DNA from: Microcoleus sp.
Lineage (GTDB): Bacteria > Cyanobacteriota > Cyanobacteriia > Cyanobacteriales > Microcoleaceae
NCBI GenBank assembly: GCA_052279835.1
Contig: CP181291.1
Location: 3,680,001 to 3,744,000 of the forward strand
Reading direction: 5' to 3'
DNA: 64,000 nucleotides
A program made the position numbers and the translations under genes. Position 1 is the first letter of the stretch. Every line of letters starts with the position of its first letter. The notes under the pieces are model-generated. The model saw only the letters and a program-made list of their open reading frames with translations. It had not been told where the DNA came from and searched no databases. Shown piece by piece: positions 10,400 through 20,478 of the stretch.

Positions 10400-10621
10400 T
10401 AGATGATACCTAATTAACTAGGAATTGTCAACCTTTTAACCTTCAAAAAAAGGGCGATTTTTTTTAATTATTATCAAATAAAATATCGTGAAATGAGTTA
10501 AGTAGAAATAGAAACAAAAGAAGAGGCGATGGATAGTCAAAGCTAGAGTTGTGGCGAAGCAGAGCCAACTTGAGTGAAGGCGCAAATTAGCTGGCAACCA
10601 CATAACAAATTATCACGAATT

Positions 10622-10665
10622 TGTCCTCTAATGTACGAAATGTAAGGAATGTACGGAATGTCATA
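10622..10665 (+). promoter_or_regulatory. 9-bp-period direct repeat array, putative regulator binding site
   Basis: ATGTACGAA ATGTAAGGA ATGTACGGA ATGTCATAA; shares TGTACGAAATGT with 14453-14464. Confidence 0.5.
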
Positions 10666-10770
10666 AAAAGGGCGATCGCGGGAAAATTTCGAGTAGATTG
10701 ATTTTTCCCACAATCGATTTTCATCTATACTATTTGGAGTATAAAAAATCTTAGTCTTCAGCGATCGTCT

Positions 10771-12283
10771 ATGAATAGAGATTATTCGCGGTTTGATTCC
10801 CTCACCAGCATCCTAGCAGGAACGGTAACGGTAGCAGGAATAGTCGTCTTTGCAGCAGCACCAGTTTTCGCTATGTCTTCCCCAGAAATAGCCAAACTAG
10901 CTGAATCAGTCACCGTTCAAATCAATGGTAAATCTCCAAATATGGTGAGTAGCGGGACTGGATTTATTATTGCTAAACAAGGCACGACTTACACTGTACT
11001 GACAGCTAACCACGTTGTTACTGATACTAAATTTACTTATACAATTCGCAGTTTCTACGGGAAAAGATTATCAAGTAACCCGTAGTGTACTATTGCAAAA
11101 AGGGCAGAATGCTCCCGATTTAGCAGTAGTAACATTTAACAGTGCAGAATCTTATCCTGTTGTAACTTTAGGCGATTCCGAACAAGCGGCAGTTGGTACA
11201 GGAATTTTTGTGTTTGGATATCCAGCTAATGTAGCCCAACAAAAATACGGAACTCAGCGCAATTTTGAGTTTGTACCGGGTTATGTTACCAGCCGTCTCC
11301 CGAATCATCCGCGCGGTTATACTTTGCGCTACAATGCTGTTACGAAAGGGGGCATGAGTGGAGGGCCTGTATTTGATGCAGAAGGGCGTGTAGTTGGGAT
11401 TCACGGAGAGGGCGATCTCGATTTTGATGATGTCACAGATACCGACAGAACAGTTATCACAGGTAAAGTTGCTACTAAAACAGGGTTTAATGCAGCTATT
11501 CCTATTAACACTTTTATCGCTAAATTGTCGGATGCAGGATTAAATCGTTCTGCTATTTTGGTGAATACTTCAACCGCCACTAATGCACCTCTAAAACTGA
11601 ACAATCCCAATGATGCTAAGACTTATTATGTTCGCGGTTTAAGTCGGTTTGACAAGGGAGATTTGTCAGGTGCTGTGGCGGATTTTACCCAAGCGATTCA
11701 AACTCAATCGGATTATGTAGAAGCTTATTTCTATCGGGGACTGGCTTATTTTGATCTGAGACAAATGCCAAAAAGTATCGCTGATTATAGCAAGGCGATC
11801 GCCCTTAATGCCAGTTATGTTGACGCTTACTACAATCGGGGGCTGGTTTTGTCGGCGATGGGAGATAAACCAGGGGCGATCGCCGATTATACTCAAGTCA
11901 TCCGCTTGGATCGAAACTCTGCGGCGGCTTACAACAACCGAGGATTGGCGCTTTCAGAATTAGGCGATCAAAAAGGGGCGATCGACGATTTCAATCAAGC
12001 GCTGCAAATCAATCCCGGTCGCGCTAACACTTATTTTAACAGGGGATTGGCGCTATTTCGCATCAATAACGATCGCTCTGCCCTAGCTGATTATACGCAA
12101 GCAATTCAACTCAATCCCAGTTATGCCAAGGCTTTTGCTAACCGAGGAATTACGTTAGTGAGAATGGGAGATAGACAAGGGGCGATCGCCGATTTGCAGC
12201 AAGCGGCTCGTTTATTTAGGGCTCAAGGAATGAATGCTGATGCTCAAAAAGCATTAGATTTGATTGGTCAATTGCAAAGGTAG
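10771..12283 (+). CDS. Secreted trypsin-like serine protease with TPR repeats, split by a +1 frameshift at ~11052
   Basis: Signal peptide, SGTGFII, LTANHVV (His), DLAVV (Asp), GMSGGP (Ser), followed by several TPRs. Confidence 0.88.
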
Positions 12284-12327
12284 TAAATCCTCTGATATAA
12301 TATTATCCAGGATACAGAAGAAATTCT

Positions 12328-12594
12328 ATGGTCAAGCCAATCTACTTTTCAACTCATGCCAGAGAGCGAATGCTGCTCCGAGGTGCGATCGAGAATGAGG
12401 TGATTATTGCCATTCGTTCGGGCAACTGGCAACCAGCCAAGCAAGGTAAGTTTTCAGCCCGCGCTCAATTTGATTTCAGCAATCAATCTCCCATTAATCA
12501 ACAGTTTTACGCTTACAAAGCTGTTAAGTCAATTTTTACAGATGCACCGGAAAAAATTGTAGTAGTGACAGTAAACGTCTATTACTTTAACTAA
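12328..12594 (+). CDS. DUF4258 family putative toxin
   Basis: FSTHARERM..RG....V...I...IVVVTV..YY. Confidence 0.75.
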   Translation: MVKPIYFSTHARERMLLRGAIENEVIIAIRSGNWQPAKQGKFSARAQFDFSNQSPINQQFYAYKAVKSIFTDAPEKIVVVTVNVYYFN

Positions 12595-12608
12595 AAGGAT
12601 TCAATCAT

Positions 12609-12851
12609 ATGAGAATACGATACGATCGAGAAGTTGATGCTCTCTACATAGAGTTACTGTTATTAGCACCTGGAACAGCGGAAAATAGAGAATTGACTGA
12701 AGACATTATTGCTGATTACAGTCCTGACGGCAAACTGGCTGGACTAGAAATTCTTGATGCTTCGCAAGTTTTGGGGGAACACCTAAAAGAAATCATTGTC
12801 GAAGATGCTTCGGTTGGTGTCATTCATCAACTGGCTCTTTTGATGAAGTGA
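12609..12851 (+). CDS. DUF2283 family putative antitoxin
   Basis: MRIRYD.EVDALYI...DY..DGKL.GLEILDAS. Confidence 0.85.
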   Translation: MRIRYDREVDALYIELLLLAPGTAENRELTEDIIADYSPDGKLAGLEILDASQVLGEHLKEIIVEDASVGVIHQLALLMK

Positions 12852-13037
12852 GAATTCCCGAATTTATGCACGGCTTCTATTACGAAACAGGACACAGCAG
12901 TGCTGTGTCCCTACCGAATATCCGTATGACGATCGATCAGCATTTCAGTCCTTTTCAAAGGACTTTAGCTATGAGACGGGGGTTTAAACCCCCGTCGGAC
13001 CCGACAACCAACGCGAGAATTAATATTACTATTTCCC

Positions 13038-13817
13038 CTAAAACCTCACCGTCACCAAAATCACCCGCCGAGGCTGATTTTCCGCTTCAATAGTATACTC
13101 AACCCGCCCAAAACCTCTCGGCCCCGGTTCAACTAAATCGTAGCGAGATGTCACCGTACCGGCGGCTGTATCGTATTGAGCAAAAACAGCACCCGGATTC
13201 CTCCCCGCAGACGCATCCGCATCCCCTCCCCAAGAACCAAAATCATCCAAGCGCGATCGCGTTGGTAAGACAGAAGCTGCGATTTCTGGAGGTGTTAATC
13301 TTTGATCGGCTAAGACTTGTTGAGCGTTATGAATAGCGCACATTGTCGGCCCAGAAATTTTGGCATCGCTATATTGATCTTCCCACTTTTGCACGAAGCC
13401 AAAACCCACATTCGGGCCGACTTTATCCTGTCTTTGCCGCCCCCACAGCCGACTGGTATCTGATGCAAAATTAGAACCGCTGCCAGTTACGGCTAATTCG
13501 GTTCTTTTGCTGGTAAAATTGCGGTTGACAAATTCTTTGTCTGCGGTGCGAATGGCGTTAGCGGCTGCTGGTTCTACTTTAGTGCTAACATTACTATTGC
13601 CTTGTATGATGGGTGAGAGAACGCCGGGGATGGGTTGTGCTCCGCAATGTTTTTGAATGCCGTTAAAAACGCGATCGGCTGATAAGGCACTAATCGGAAA
13701 TTCTAGGGAATAAGCCTCGGCGGGTTTGGGAAAAAAGATGCCAGATGTGGCGGAAGCAGCAAAAGAAGCGCCACCCCAGATGACGATCCGATTAAATTGA
13801 CGGCGGCTAATACTCAT
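13038..13817 (-). CDS. Tat-exported hypothetical protein
   Basis: SRRQF twin-arginine motif, hydrophobic core, PAEA cleavage site. Confidence 0.7.
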   Translation of the reverse strand: MSISRRQFNRIVIWGGASFAASATSGIFFPKPAEAYSLEFPISALSADRVFNGIQKHCGAQPIPGVLSPIIQGNSNVSTKVEPAAANAIRTADKEFVNRNFTSKRTELAVTGSGSNFASDTSRLWGRQRQDKVGPNVGFGFVQKWEDQYSDAKISGPTMCAIHNAQQVLADQRLTPPEIAASVLPTRSRLDDFGSWGGDADASAGRNPGAVFAQYDTAAGTVTSRYDLVEPGPRGFGRVEYTIEAENQPRRVILVTVRF

Positions 13818-13820
13818 AAT

Positions 13821-14351
13821 TTATCGACTCCCTGGAGAGCTTGCCCCCGGTACAATATGAAATTTGAAGAAGAAGTAAGACCTGTTATTACAATTTTTTT
13901 CTGTGGAACAAGTGATATCAAGAGACAAACTTTTACCATTACTAATATCTTCCAGCATTGTATTGATCCTCCCAGGCTTCCCAACCTGAGAACCTACTTG
14001 ATTTCCATCTACATAAACCTCGATTTTTGGTGGTGAAATCTCACTGCGATCGTCAACTCCATACTCCAATCGGAGAGAAGCACGACCGCCTGGAAGTTTA
14101 CAAGTCCAACTAGCCTCGCGTACACTCATAATACTGGTGTATATCTGTCTGCCTATAACAATGTCTGTAGGCTTCCTCTCAAAATATTGTAGATTGCCCC
14201 AATTGTTAAGATAACCCCCTGTAACAAGACATTGCAGGTCGAGTATATGGAGCGGCCGCTGGGCCTGTGCCACTTGTGCGCCAACCGTCCCTAACATCAC
14301 ACATAACATCCCAGCGAGGAACAAACCACTGAGCCACCGCACTCGTTTCAT
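13821..14351 (-). CDS. Secreted protein, possible NPCBM/galactose-binding-like beta-sandwich
   Basis: Signal peptide ending AQA; YGVDD...IEVYVDG...D.S.GKSL.L pattern. Confidence 0.55.
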   Translation of the reverse strand: MKRVRWLSGLFLAGMLCVMLGTVGAQVAQAQRPLHILDLQCLVTGGYLNNWGNLQYFERKPTDIVIGRQIYTSIMSVREASWTCKLPGGRASLRLEYGVDDRSEISPPKIEVYVDGNQVGSQVGKPGRINTMLEDISNGKSLSLDITCSTEKNCNNRSYFFFKFHIVPGASSPGSR

Positions 14352-14506
14352 ATAAAATATCCTCTCAACACCTTAATGAATTAATATAAAGGATGAGCTG
14401 TGTAGGAAAAGTCCTGACTTTGAACAGATGACAAAATCAAAAATGTCACAATTGTACGAAATGTTAGCTATAATGAATGGCGTAAACTCCAGCTTTTCCC
14501 TAATGT

Positions 14507-16129
14507 ATGGATATTGCAGAAGTTTTGACACTGGCAGATGAGCTAATTTTTGCTAAGACGGGAAAGCATTTAGATTACGTGCAAGATGCTATTCTGCGGG
14601 GGACATTAGAAGACGCAACTTACACGCAAATTGCTCAAGAAGTTTACTCAAGTCCAAGTCATGTCAGAAATGTCGGATCGGACCTTTGGAAAACACTTTC
14701 TAAAGGATTGAAAAAAAATATTACTAAAAACAATTTTAGGACTGTATTAGAAAAGGAAAACATTTATAATTATCAGTTAGCTGTAGTTGGCGATAATATT
14801 AAAATTGGTGAGAATGTTACAGTCAATAATAACTTTAATGTTTGTCCTGAAAAAGTGCGATCGCCCAAAACACCAAAAAACCCCGAACCAACAGCAAAAC
14901 AGCCCAGAATCGACTTAGGGGACGCACCAGAAATCTCCACATTTTTCGATCGCACATCCGAACTCACCACCCTCGAAAACTGGATTTTGGGCCGCACCCG
15001 CCTCATCACCATCCTCGGCTTATCCGGTATGGGCAAAACCGCCCTGACACTGCAACTAATCCCACAAATTCAACAGGAATTCGACTGCATCATCTGGCGC
15101 AGCCTCCACAACGCGCCACACCTCCAAACACTCCAAACCGACATAATTCAATTCCTATCGCAGCAGCAAGAAACTAACCCCCCCAACCCCCCCTTATCAA
15201 GGGGGGGCGAAGAGATTCACCCTCCTTCTCCCAGGCGCGGCGAAGAGATTCAACCTCCGTCTCTTTCTCCCCCCCTTGCTAAGGGGGGGCTGGGGGGGGT
15301 ATTAGACTACAGGGGCCAAGAGACTCAACCTCTTTCTCCCCCCCTTAGCAAGGCAGGGCTGGGGGGGGTAATAGACTACAGGGGCCAAGAGATTCAACCT
15401 CCGTCTCTTTCTCCCCCCCTTAGCAAGGGGGGGCTGGGGGGGGTAATCCACCATTTGCGATCGCACCGCTGTCTCATCATCCTCGATGATGTCCAAACCA
15501 TCTTCAGCAGCCAACAACTCGCAGGAAACTACCAACCGGGCTATGAAAACTACGGCGCATTCTTCAAACAAATAGCAGAATCATCCCACAACAGTTGCAT
15601 AATCTTGCTCAGTTGGGAAAAACCCAGAGAAATTGCAGCCTTAGAAAGCCAGCAGAAAAATTGTCAAACATTGCAACTCAATGGCTTAGGCGAAGCAGCG
15701 CGAGAAATCTTCACAAAAAAAGGCTTAGCCGAATCAGAAAAATGGTCAGAATTGATTGAGCTTTACCAAGGCAATCCCTTGTGGTTAAATATAGTAGCTG
15801 CTGGAATTCAAGACTTATTTAGCGGCAATGTTGCTGACTTTTTATCCTATAATAGCCTAGTTTTAGGAGACTTAGAATACTTATTAGACCAACATTTTCA
15901 GCGGTTGTCAGAGACGGAAAAACAAGTATTGTGCTGGTTGGCAAATCAAAACAAACCAGTCGAAATCTCCAAAAAGCCAGCCCTTCTGGAATTATCGCCG
16001 TCAGAATTCCTCAAAGCCGTGGAATCCTTGAGGCGGAGGTTGTTAATCGAAAAAGTCCAAAAAGGCGATCGCACCCTCTTCCAACTGCAACCAGCCATCG
16101 CAGAATACATAAAAGAGCGCATCAAATAA
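14507..16129 (+). CDS. HTH (vWA-MoxR-associated N-terminal type) + NB-ARC/STAND ATPase + winged helix, no C-terminal repeats
   Basis: N-terminal HTH (TY.QIA...HVRNVGSDLWK.LS), GLSGMGKT, IIWRSL, CLIILDD, GNPLWL. Confidence 0.85.
   Translation: MDIAEVLTLADELIFAKTGKHLDYVQDAILRGTLEDATYTQIAQEVYSSPSHVRNVGSDLWKTLSKGLKKNITKNNFRTVLEKENIYNYQLAVVGDNIKIGENVTVNNNFNVCPEKVRSPKTPKNPEPTAKQPRIDLGDAPEISTFFDRTSELTTLENWILGRTRLITILGLSGMGKTALTLQLIPQIQQEFDCIIWRSLHNAPHLQTLQTDIIQFLSQQQETNPPNPPLSRGGEEIHPPSPRRGEEIQPPSLSPPLAKGGLGGVLDYRGQETQPLSPPLSKAGLGGVIDYRGQEIQPPSLSPPLSKGGLGGVIHHLRSHRCLIILDDVQTIFSSQQLAGNYQPGYENYGAFFKQIAESSHNSCIILLSWEKPREIAALESQQKNCQTLQLNGLGEAAREIFTKKGLAESEKWSELIELYQGNPLWLNIVAAGIQDLFSGNVADFLSYNSLVLGDLEYLLDQHFQRLSETEKQVLCWLANQNKPVEISKKPALLELSPSEFLKAVESLRRRLLIEKVQKGDRTLFQLQPAIAEYIKERIK
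15177..15445. repeat. In-frame GC-rich palindromic repeats (CCCCCCTT.NNAAGGGGGG) inside the NB-ARC domain
   Basis: Translated as PPNPPLSRGG and three copies of SPPL(A/S)K(G/A)GLGG. Confidence 0.85.
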
Positions 16130-16226
16130 CCGCCCTTAGTTGAGAATTTAGGAGTTTTCACAGCAACCTGGTTTTGGGGATTTTGCTATAATTTGTATCA
16201 TGTAACTTAAATGCCGATGAGCTTAT

Positions 16227-16871
16227 ATGGACAACCACTTGCGGCCCCAAACTCCTCTCGTCAGCACCTTTGCACAAACCTTAGAAACTTGCTATCCCGA
16301 TGCGCTAAGTTTACTCAATCCCGGTGTAGCAGAAACAGAAATCGAATTATTCAAAAATCGTTACCAACGGGAACTTCCTCAAACATTCTACGATTTTTAC
16401 CGCTGTTGTAATGGTTCAGCCTATGAAAGTTTAGAGGATAATTGGCTGTTTCCTTTCGAGCATGGTAGGAGTCTTTTACCTTTAGAATGTATTGCGAAGG
16501 AGAAAGATTTTTGGGATGGGGAGAGTAAAGTTAATTTCTCGGAATGGAAACCAGGGGAATATTGGAATGAAGCATGGATTCCGTTTATGAAAGTAGATAG
16601 TTGGTGGCTGCGGGTTGTGGATACTGAAGGCTGTTTCGGCGGTATTCCCGGACAAATCATCAGTTTTGACTACAAGAGTTATCCGTTTAGAAGTATTGAA
16701 TATGATTCCTTTGACAAGTGGCTGGAAACTGTGATTGCGAAAATTGAGTCTGGGTTTTTGTTTAAAGAGTTTCATGAAATCGGGTTGGAGGAGGATAAGG
16801 CAATATTTGCGATGGAAAAACGGATCAATCCCCAGCGCCGCAGTATTGAATTAGAATCCAACAAAGTGTAA
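16227..16871 (+). CDS. SMI1/KNR4 family protein
   Basis: LNPG..E.EI......LP..F..FY...NG, W..WIPF, PGQII. Confidence 0.8.
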   Translation: MDNHLRPQTPLVSTFAQTLETCYPDALSLLNPGVAETEIELFKNRYQRELPQTFYDFYRCCNGSAYESLEDNWLFPFEHGRSLLPLECIAKEKDFWDGESKVNFSEWKPGEYWNEAWIPFMKVDSWWLRVVDTEGCFGGIPGQIISFDYKSYPFRSIEYDSFDKWLETVIAKIESGFLFKEFHEIGLEEDKAIFAMEKRINPQRRSIELESNKV

Positions 16872-16939
16872 AATTAAGATGGAGTTGATAGTTGCACTTT
16901 CAATCACGACTAAGCTAACAACCAATCACCAATAACAAA

Positions 16940-18181
16940 ATGATTAAAATTTTACATCTTTCAGATATCCACATGGGAAGCGGCTTTTCTCACGGGCGCG
17001 TCAATCCCGAAACCGGTTTAAATACACGCTTGGAAGACTTCGGAAATAGCCTGAGTAAATGTATGGATAGAGCGATTTCTGAACCCGTAGATTTAGTCAT
17101 ATTCGGCGGGGATGCTTTCCCCGATTCCACGCCACCACCGTTTGTAAAAGAGGCTTTTGCGCGTCAATTTAGCCGCTTGGTGGACGCGCAAATTCCGACG
17201 GTTTTGCTAGTGGGAAATCACGATCAACATTCCCAGGGACAAGGTGGGGCGAGTTTGGGGATTTATCGGACTTTGGGTATACCTAAGTTTATTGTAGGCG
17301 ATCGCCTGGATACTCACCGCATCGAAACCCGCAACGGCCCGGTACAGGTGGTAACATTACCTTGGTTGACGCGATCGACTTTAATGACTAAATCTGAAAC
17401 CGAAAATCTGTCCATGGGCGATGTTAACCAATTATTAACCGAAAAATTGACGATCGCCCTAGAAGGAGAAATTCGCCGTCTCGATCCAAACATTCCCACT
17501 ATACTTTTAGCACACTTAATGGCAGATAAAGCCAGTTTGGGTGCAGAGCGTTTTTTAGCAGTGGGAAAAGGCTTTAATATTCCCGTCTCCATGTTAACTC
17601 GTTCGTGTTTCGATTACGTTGCTCTCGGCCACGTTCACAAACACCAAAATTTGAATGCTTCTAACAATCCCCCCGTAGTTTATCCTGGAAGCATTGAACG
17701 GGTTGATTTTAGCGAAGAAAAAGAAGATAAGGGGTTTGTGTTAGTTAATTTGGAACGGGGAAAAGCTGAGTGGGAATTTTGCGCTTTACCGGTGCGGAAA
17801 TTTCAGACAATTAAGGTGAATGTGGCTGAAGCGGAAAACCCGCAAACTGAGTTGGTGAAAGCGATTGGGAAGAAAGAGATAACTGACGCGGTGGTGAGAT
17901 TGATCTACCAATTGCGATCGGAACAATTAGACTTAATTGATAACGCAGAATTGCACGCACTTTTGGGCGCAGCGCACAGCTACACCATTCAACCGGAATT
18001 AATCAGTCAGTTAGCAAGGCCGCGTTTACCAGAATTGAATGCTAATAATAGTATAGACCCATTAGATGCTTTGAAAACTTATCTGGCAAGTCGCGAAGAT
18101 TTGAAAGATGTGGCGGAGAGTATGTTGGAGGCGGCGCAGGGTTTGTTGGGAGGGAAAGAGGAATTTGTGGCAGATTTTTAG
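16940..18181 (+). CDS. sbcD: Exonuclease SbcD
   Basis: LHLSDIH, GGDAF, GNHD, LGHVH, YPGSIERVDF. Confidence 0.93.
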   Translation: MIKILHLSDIHMGSGFSHGRVNPETGLNTRLEDFGNSLSKCMDRAISEPVDLVIFGGDAFPDSTPPPFVKEAFARQFSRLVDAQIPTVLLVGNHDQHSQGQGGASLGIYRTLGIPKFIVGDRLDTHRIETRNGPVQVVTLPWLTRSTLMTKSETENLSMGDVNQLLTEKLTIALEGEIRRLDPNIPTILLAHLMADKASLGAERFLAVGKGFNIPVSMLTRSCFDYVALGHVHKHQNLNASNNPPVVYPGSIERVDFSEEKEDKGFVLVNLERGKAEWEFCALPVRKFQTIKVNVAEAENPQTELVKAIGKKEITDAVVRLIYQLRSEQLDLIDNAELHALLGAAHSYTIQPELISQLARPRLPELNANNSIDPLDALKTYLASREDLKDVAESMLEAAQGLLGGKEEFVADF

Positions 18182-18192
18182 GTAGGGGAATT

Positions 18193-18272
18193 ATTTAACC
18201 GCAGAGAGCGCAGAGAACACAGAGGGAGATAGGAGAGATAGGAATAATTTCAATACTAACGGATTTGATATA
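18193..18272 (+). repeat. MITE-like repeat (TTAACCGCAGAG..GCAGAG..CACAGAG), partial copy
   Basis: Related copies at 20346-20463 (+) and 40884-40956 (-); ends TATATCATTTCCG / CGGATTTGATATA are imperfect inverted repeats. Confidence 0.7.
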
Positions 18273-18285
18273 ACTAGAGGGAAAA

Positions 18286-19614
18286 ATGAGAATCAATAAG
18301 ATTTCAGTCACTAAACTTTTTGGACTTTTCAACCATCTGGTTTCGCTCAACATCGAAGATAGAATCACGATTATTCATAGTCCGAATGGATTTGGTAAGA
18401 CAGCATTACTCAGGATGATCAATGGATTTTTCAATTCACGTTACTCAGAACTTCGGACTATTCCATTTGCAGAATTTAGAGTAGACTTTGATGATGGTAG
18501 TTATCTGCAAATAACTAAATCTATTGATACAAGTGAAGATAAAAAAGATAAAGATTTAACGTTTTACCTTTATAAATCTGGTGCAGAAACAGAGACGTTT
18601 TTACCTAATTCATTAATAGATTCATTAGCAGAAACAAATGTTTCTTTGGATATCACAGAGGAGAAACTACAGTCATCAGGTGGTATAGAAACACAAACTA
18701 AAAATTCGGAATCAACCGCCTTCCAAAATCTTGTCAAGGCCTTGACTAAGTTGACTAAAGAGTTAACTTCAAGCATACAAGTTAATAAAGAACCAAAGTG
18801 GCTGTCAGAACTAAAAAGATCGATTGATGTTCGTTTTATAGAAACTCAGCGCTTGTTAACTCCCTCAAATATTCCTGAAGCAGCGGTAGACACAAAACAC
18901 CCATCAATGATTCCCTCAGTTAATATATATTCCCAGGAACTAGCAGAAGAGATCCAAGCAAAACTGGCTGAATATGGTGCATTGTCTCAATCCCTTGAAA
19001 GAACCTTTCCCGCAAGAATTTTCAACAAAAAAGCACCCTCTAACCTAACAGAAGAAACACTTCGCGACAAATTAAATAAAATTGAGGAAAAGCGTTATCG
19101 TCTCATAGAAATTGGTCTTTTGGATAAAGACGAAAATCCTGATTTTCAAATCGAACAACATATTGATAATACCACCAAAAACATTTTGTCGGTGTATGTT
19201 GAAGATGTAGAACAAAAACTCATGGTTTTTAAGGAACTCGCTACTAAAATAGAACTTTTTACAAGAATTATTAAACAGCGATTTCTCTATAAAAATATGA
19301 GCATCAGTAAAGAGAAAGGTTTTACCTTTACAACGGCGGGTGGTAAGCCTTTGTCGCCGACAGACTTATCTTTCGGAGAACAGCATGAACTGGTAATGGT
19401 TTACGAGTTATTATTCAAAGTTAAACCTAACTCGCTGGTTCTCATTGACGAACCAGAAATTTCGCTGCATATAGCATGGGAAATCGAGTTTCTCAAAGAT
19501 TTGCAAGCAATTATTAAGCTGGCAAACTTTGATGTTTTATTAGCAACTCATTCTCCAAGCATTATAGACGATCGCTGGGATTTGACAGTGGAATTAGCAA
19601 GGCCAGTTGAATGA
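18286..19614 (+). CDS. ABC-type AAA ATPase, PARIS AriA-like
   Basis: SPNGFGKT, LSFGEQ signature, LIDEPE, ATHS; overlaps the downstream DUF4435 gene. Confidence 0.8.
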   Translation: MRINKISVTKLFGLFNHLVSLNIEDRITIIHSPNGFGKTALLRMINGFFNSRYSELRTIPFAEFRVDFDDGSYLQITKSIDTSEDKKDKDLTFYLYKSGAETETFLPNSLIDSLAETNVSLDITEEKLQSSGGIETQTKNSESTAFQNLVKALTKLTKELTSSIQVNKEPKWLSELKRSIDVRFIETQRLLTPSNIPEAAVDTKHPSMIPSVNIYSQELAEEIQAKLAEYGALSQSLERTFPARIFNKKAPSNLTEETLRDKLNKIEEKRYRLIEIGLLDKDENPDFQIEQHIDNTTKNILSVYVEDVEQKLMVFKELATKIELFTRIIKQRFLYKNMSISKEKGFTFTTAGGKPLSPTDLSFGEQHELVMVYELLFKVKPNSLVLIDEPEISLHIAWEIEFLKDLQAIIKLANFDVLLATHSPSIIDDRWDLTVELARPVE

Positions 19615-20257
19615 AAGAACATATTAACCCTAGCTACATTGCCAACCAAATTCGCCTGCTGAGAAATCAACCTAAATTCACTGAACATTCTTTTCTAATT
19701 GCTGAGGGAGATACAGATGCGCGGGTATGGAAAAACTTGGTAGACTCAACAAAGTGTCGTGTGGAAATTGCCCATAACAAGGATAATGCTGTGAAAGTGC
19801 TCAATATCCTTGAAAGAGATAACTTTGCTGGTGTCTTGGGTGTGGTTGATGCTGATTTTGATATATTAGAAGGAACTGTTCCACTCAGTCCGAACTTGCT
19901 GTTAATAAGTTTATAAATAAGGAAACATTGGCATTAAATGAATCCGACTTGATGAAAGCCGTGAAAAATAACTCTCAACAACCGGGACTTAATGAGACAG
20001 AAGTTAAAACAAAGATGGATAGCTTAAAAACAAATGCTCACGATATGTGGTATATTTGTTGTGGTCACGATATGATTGCTATTTTGTCGATCGCACTTTG
20101 TAAAGCATTAGGTTCCTGTAACTCCAAGCAGGTTGAACCTAATGTACTAGAAATAAATTTAAGGCTAGCCTATGAGTCTGCTCATTTCCGGCTGACAAAA
20201 CTTTATATAGCGATTCAGACATGGGAACAAACTAATCAACCCTTCGAGGTTCTTTAG
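19611..20257 (+). pseudogene. DUF4435 TOPRIM protein (PARIS AriB-like), broken by an internal deletion/frameshift at ~19903
   Basis: IAEGDTD and VDADFD in the first part; GHD..LS..L...LRLAYE in the second part; the central region appears missing. Confidence 0.78.
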
Positions 20258-20345
20258 TCATCATCATTGATTCCGTTTTATGCTAAATTTTTTTGTATTT
20301 GTGCATTTGTCATTTTTAATATTTGTATTGCTCAAGATTGGGATT

Positions 20346-20463
20346 TATATCATTTCCGATTGTATTGGAATGATTTAACCGCAGAGAACGCAGAGAGCAC
20401 AGAGGAAGATCAGAGGAAGATCAGAGAGATAGGAATAATTTTGATGAATAGTTGATTTGATGT
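20346..20463 (+). repeat. MITE-like repeat, same family as 18193
   Basis: ATTTAACCGCAGAGAACGCAGAGAGCACAGAGG...GAGAGATAGGAATAATTT. Confidence 0.7.
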
Positions 20464-20478
20464 TATATCGTTTTCGTT

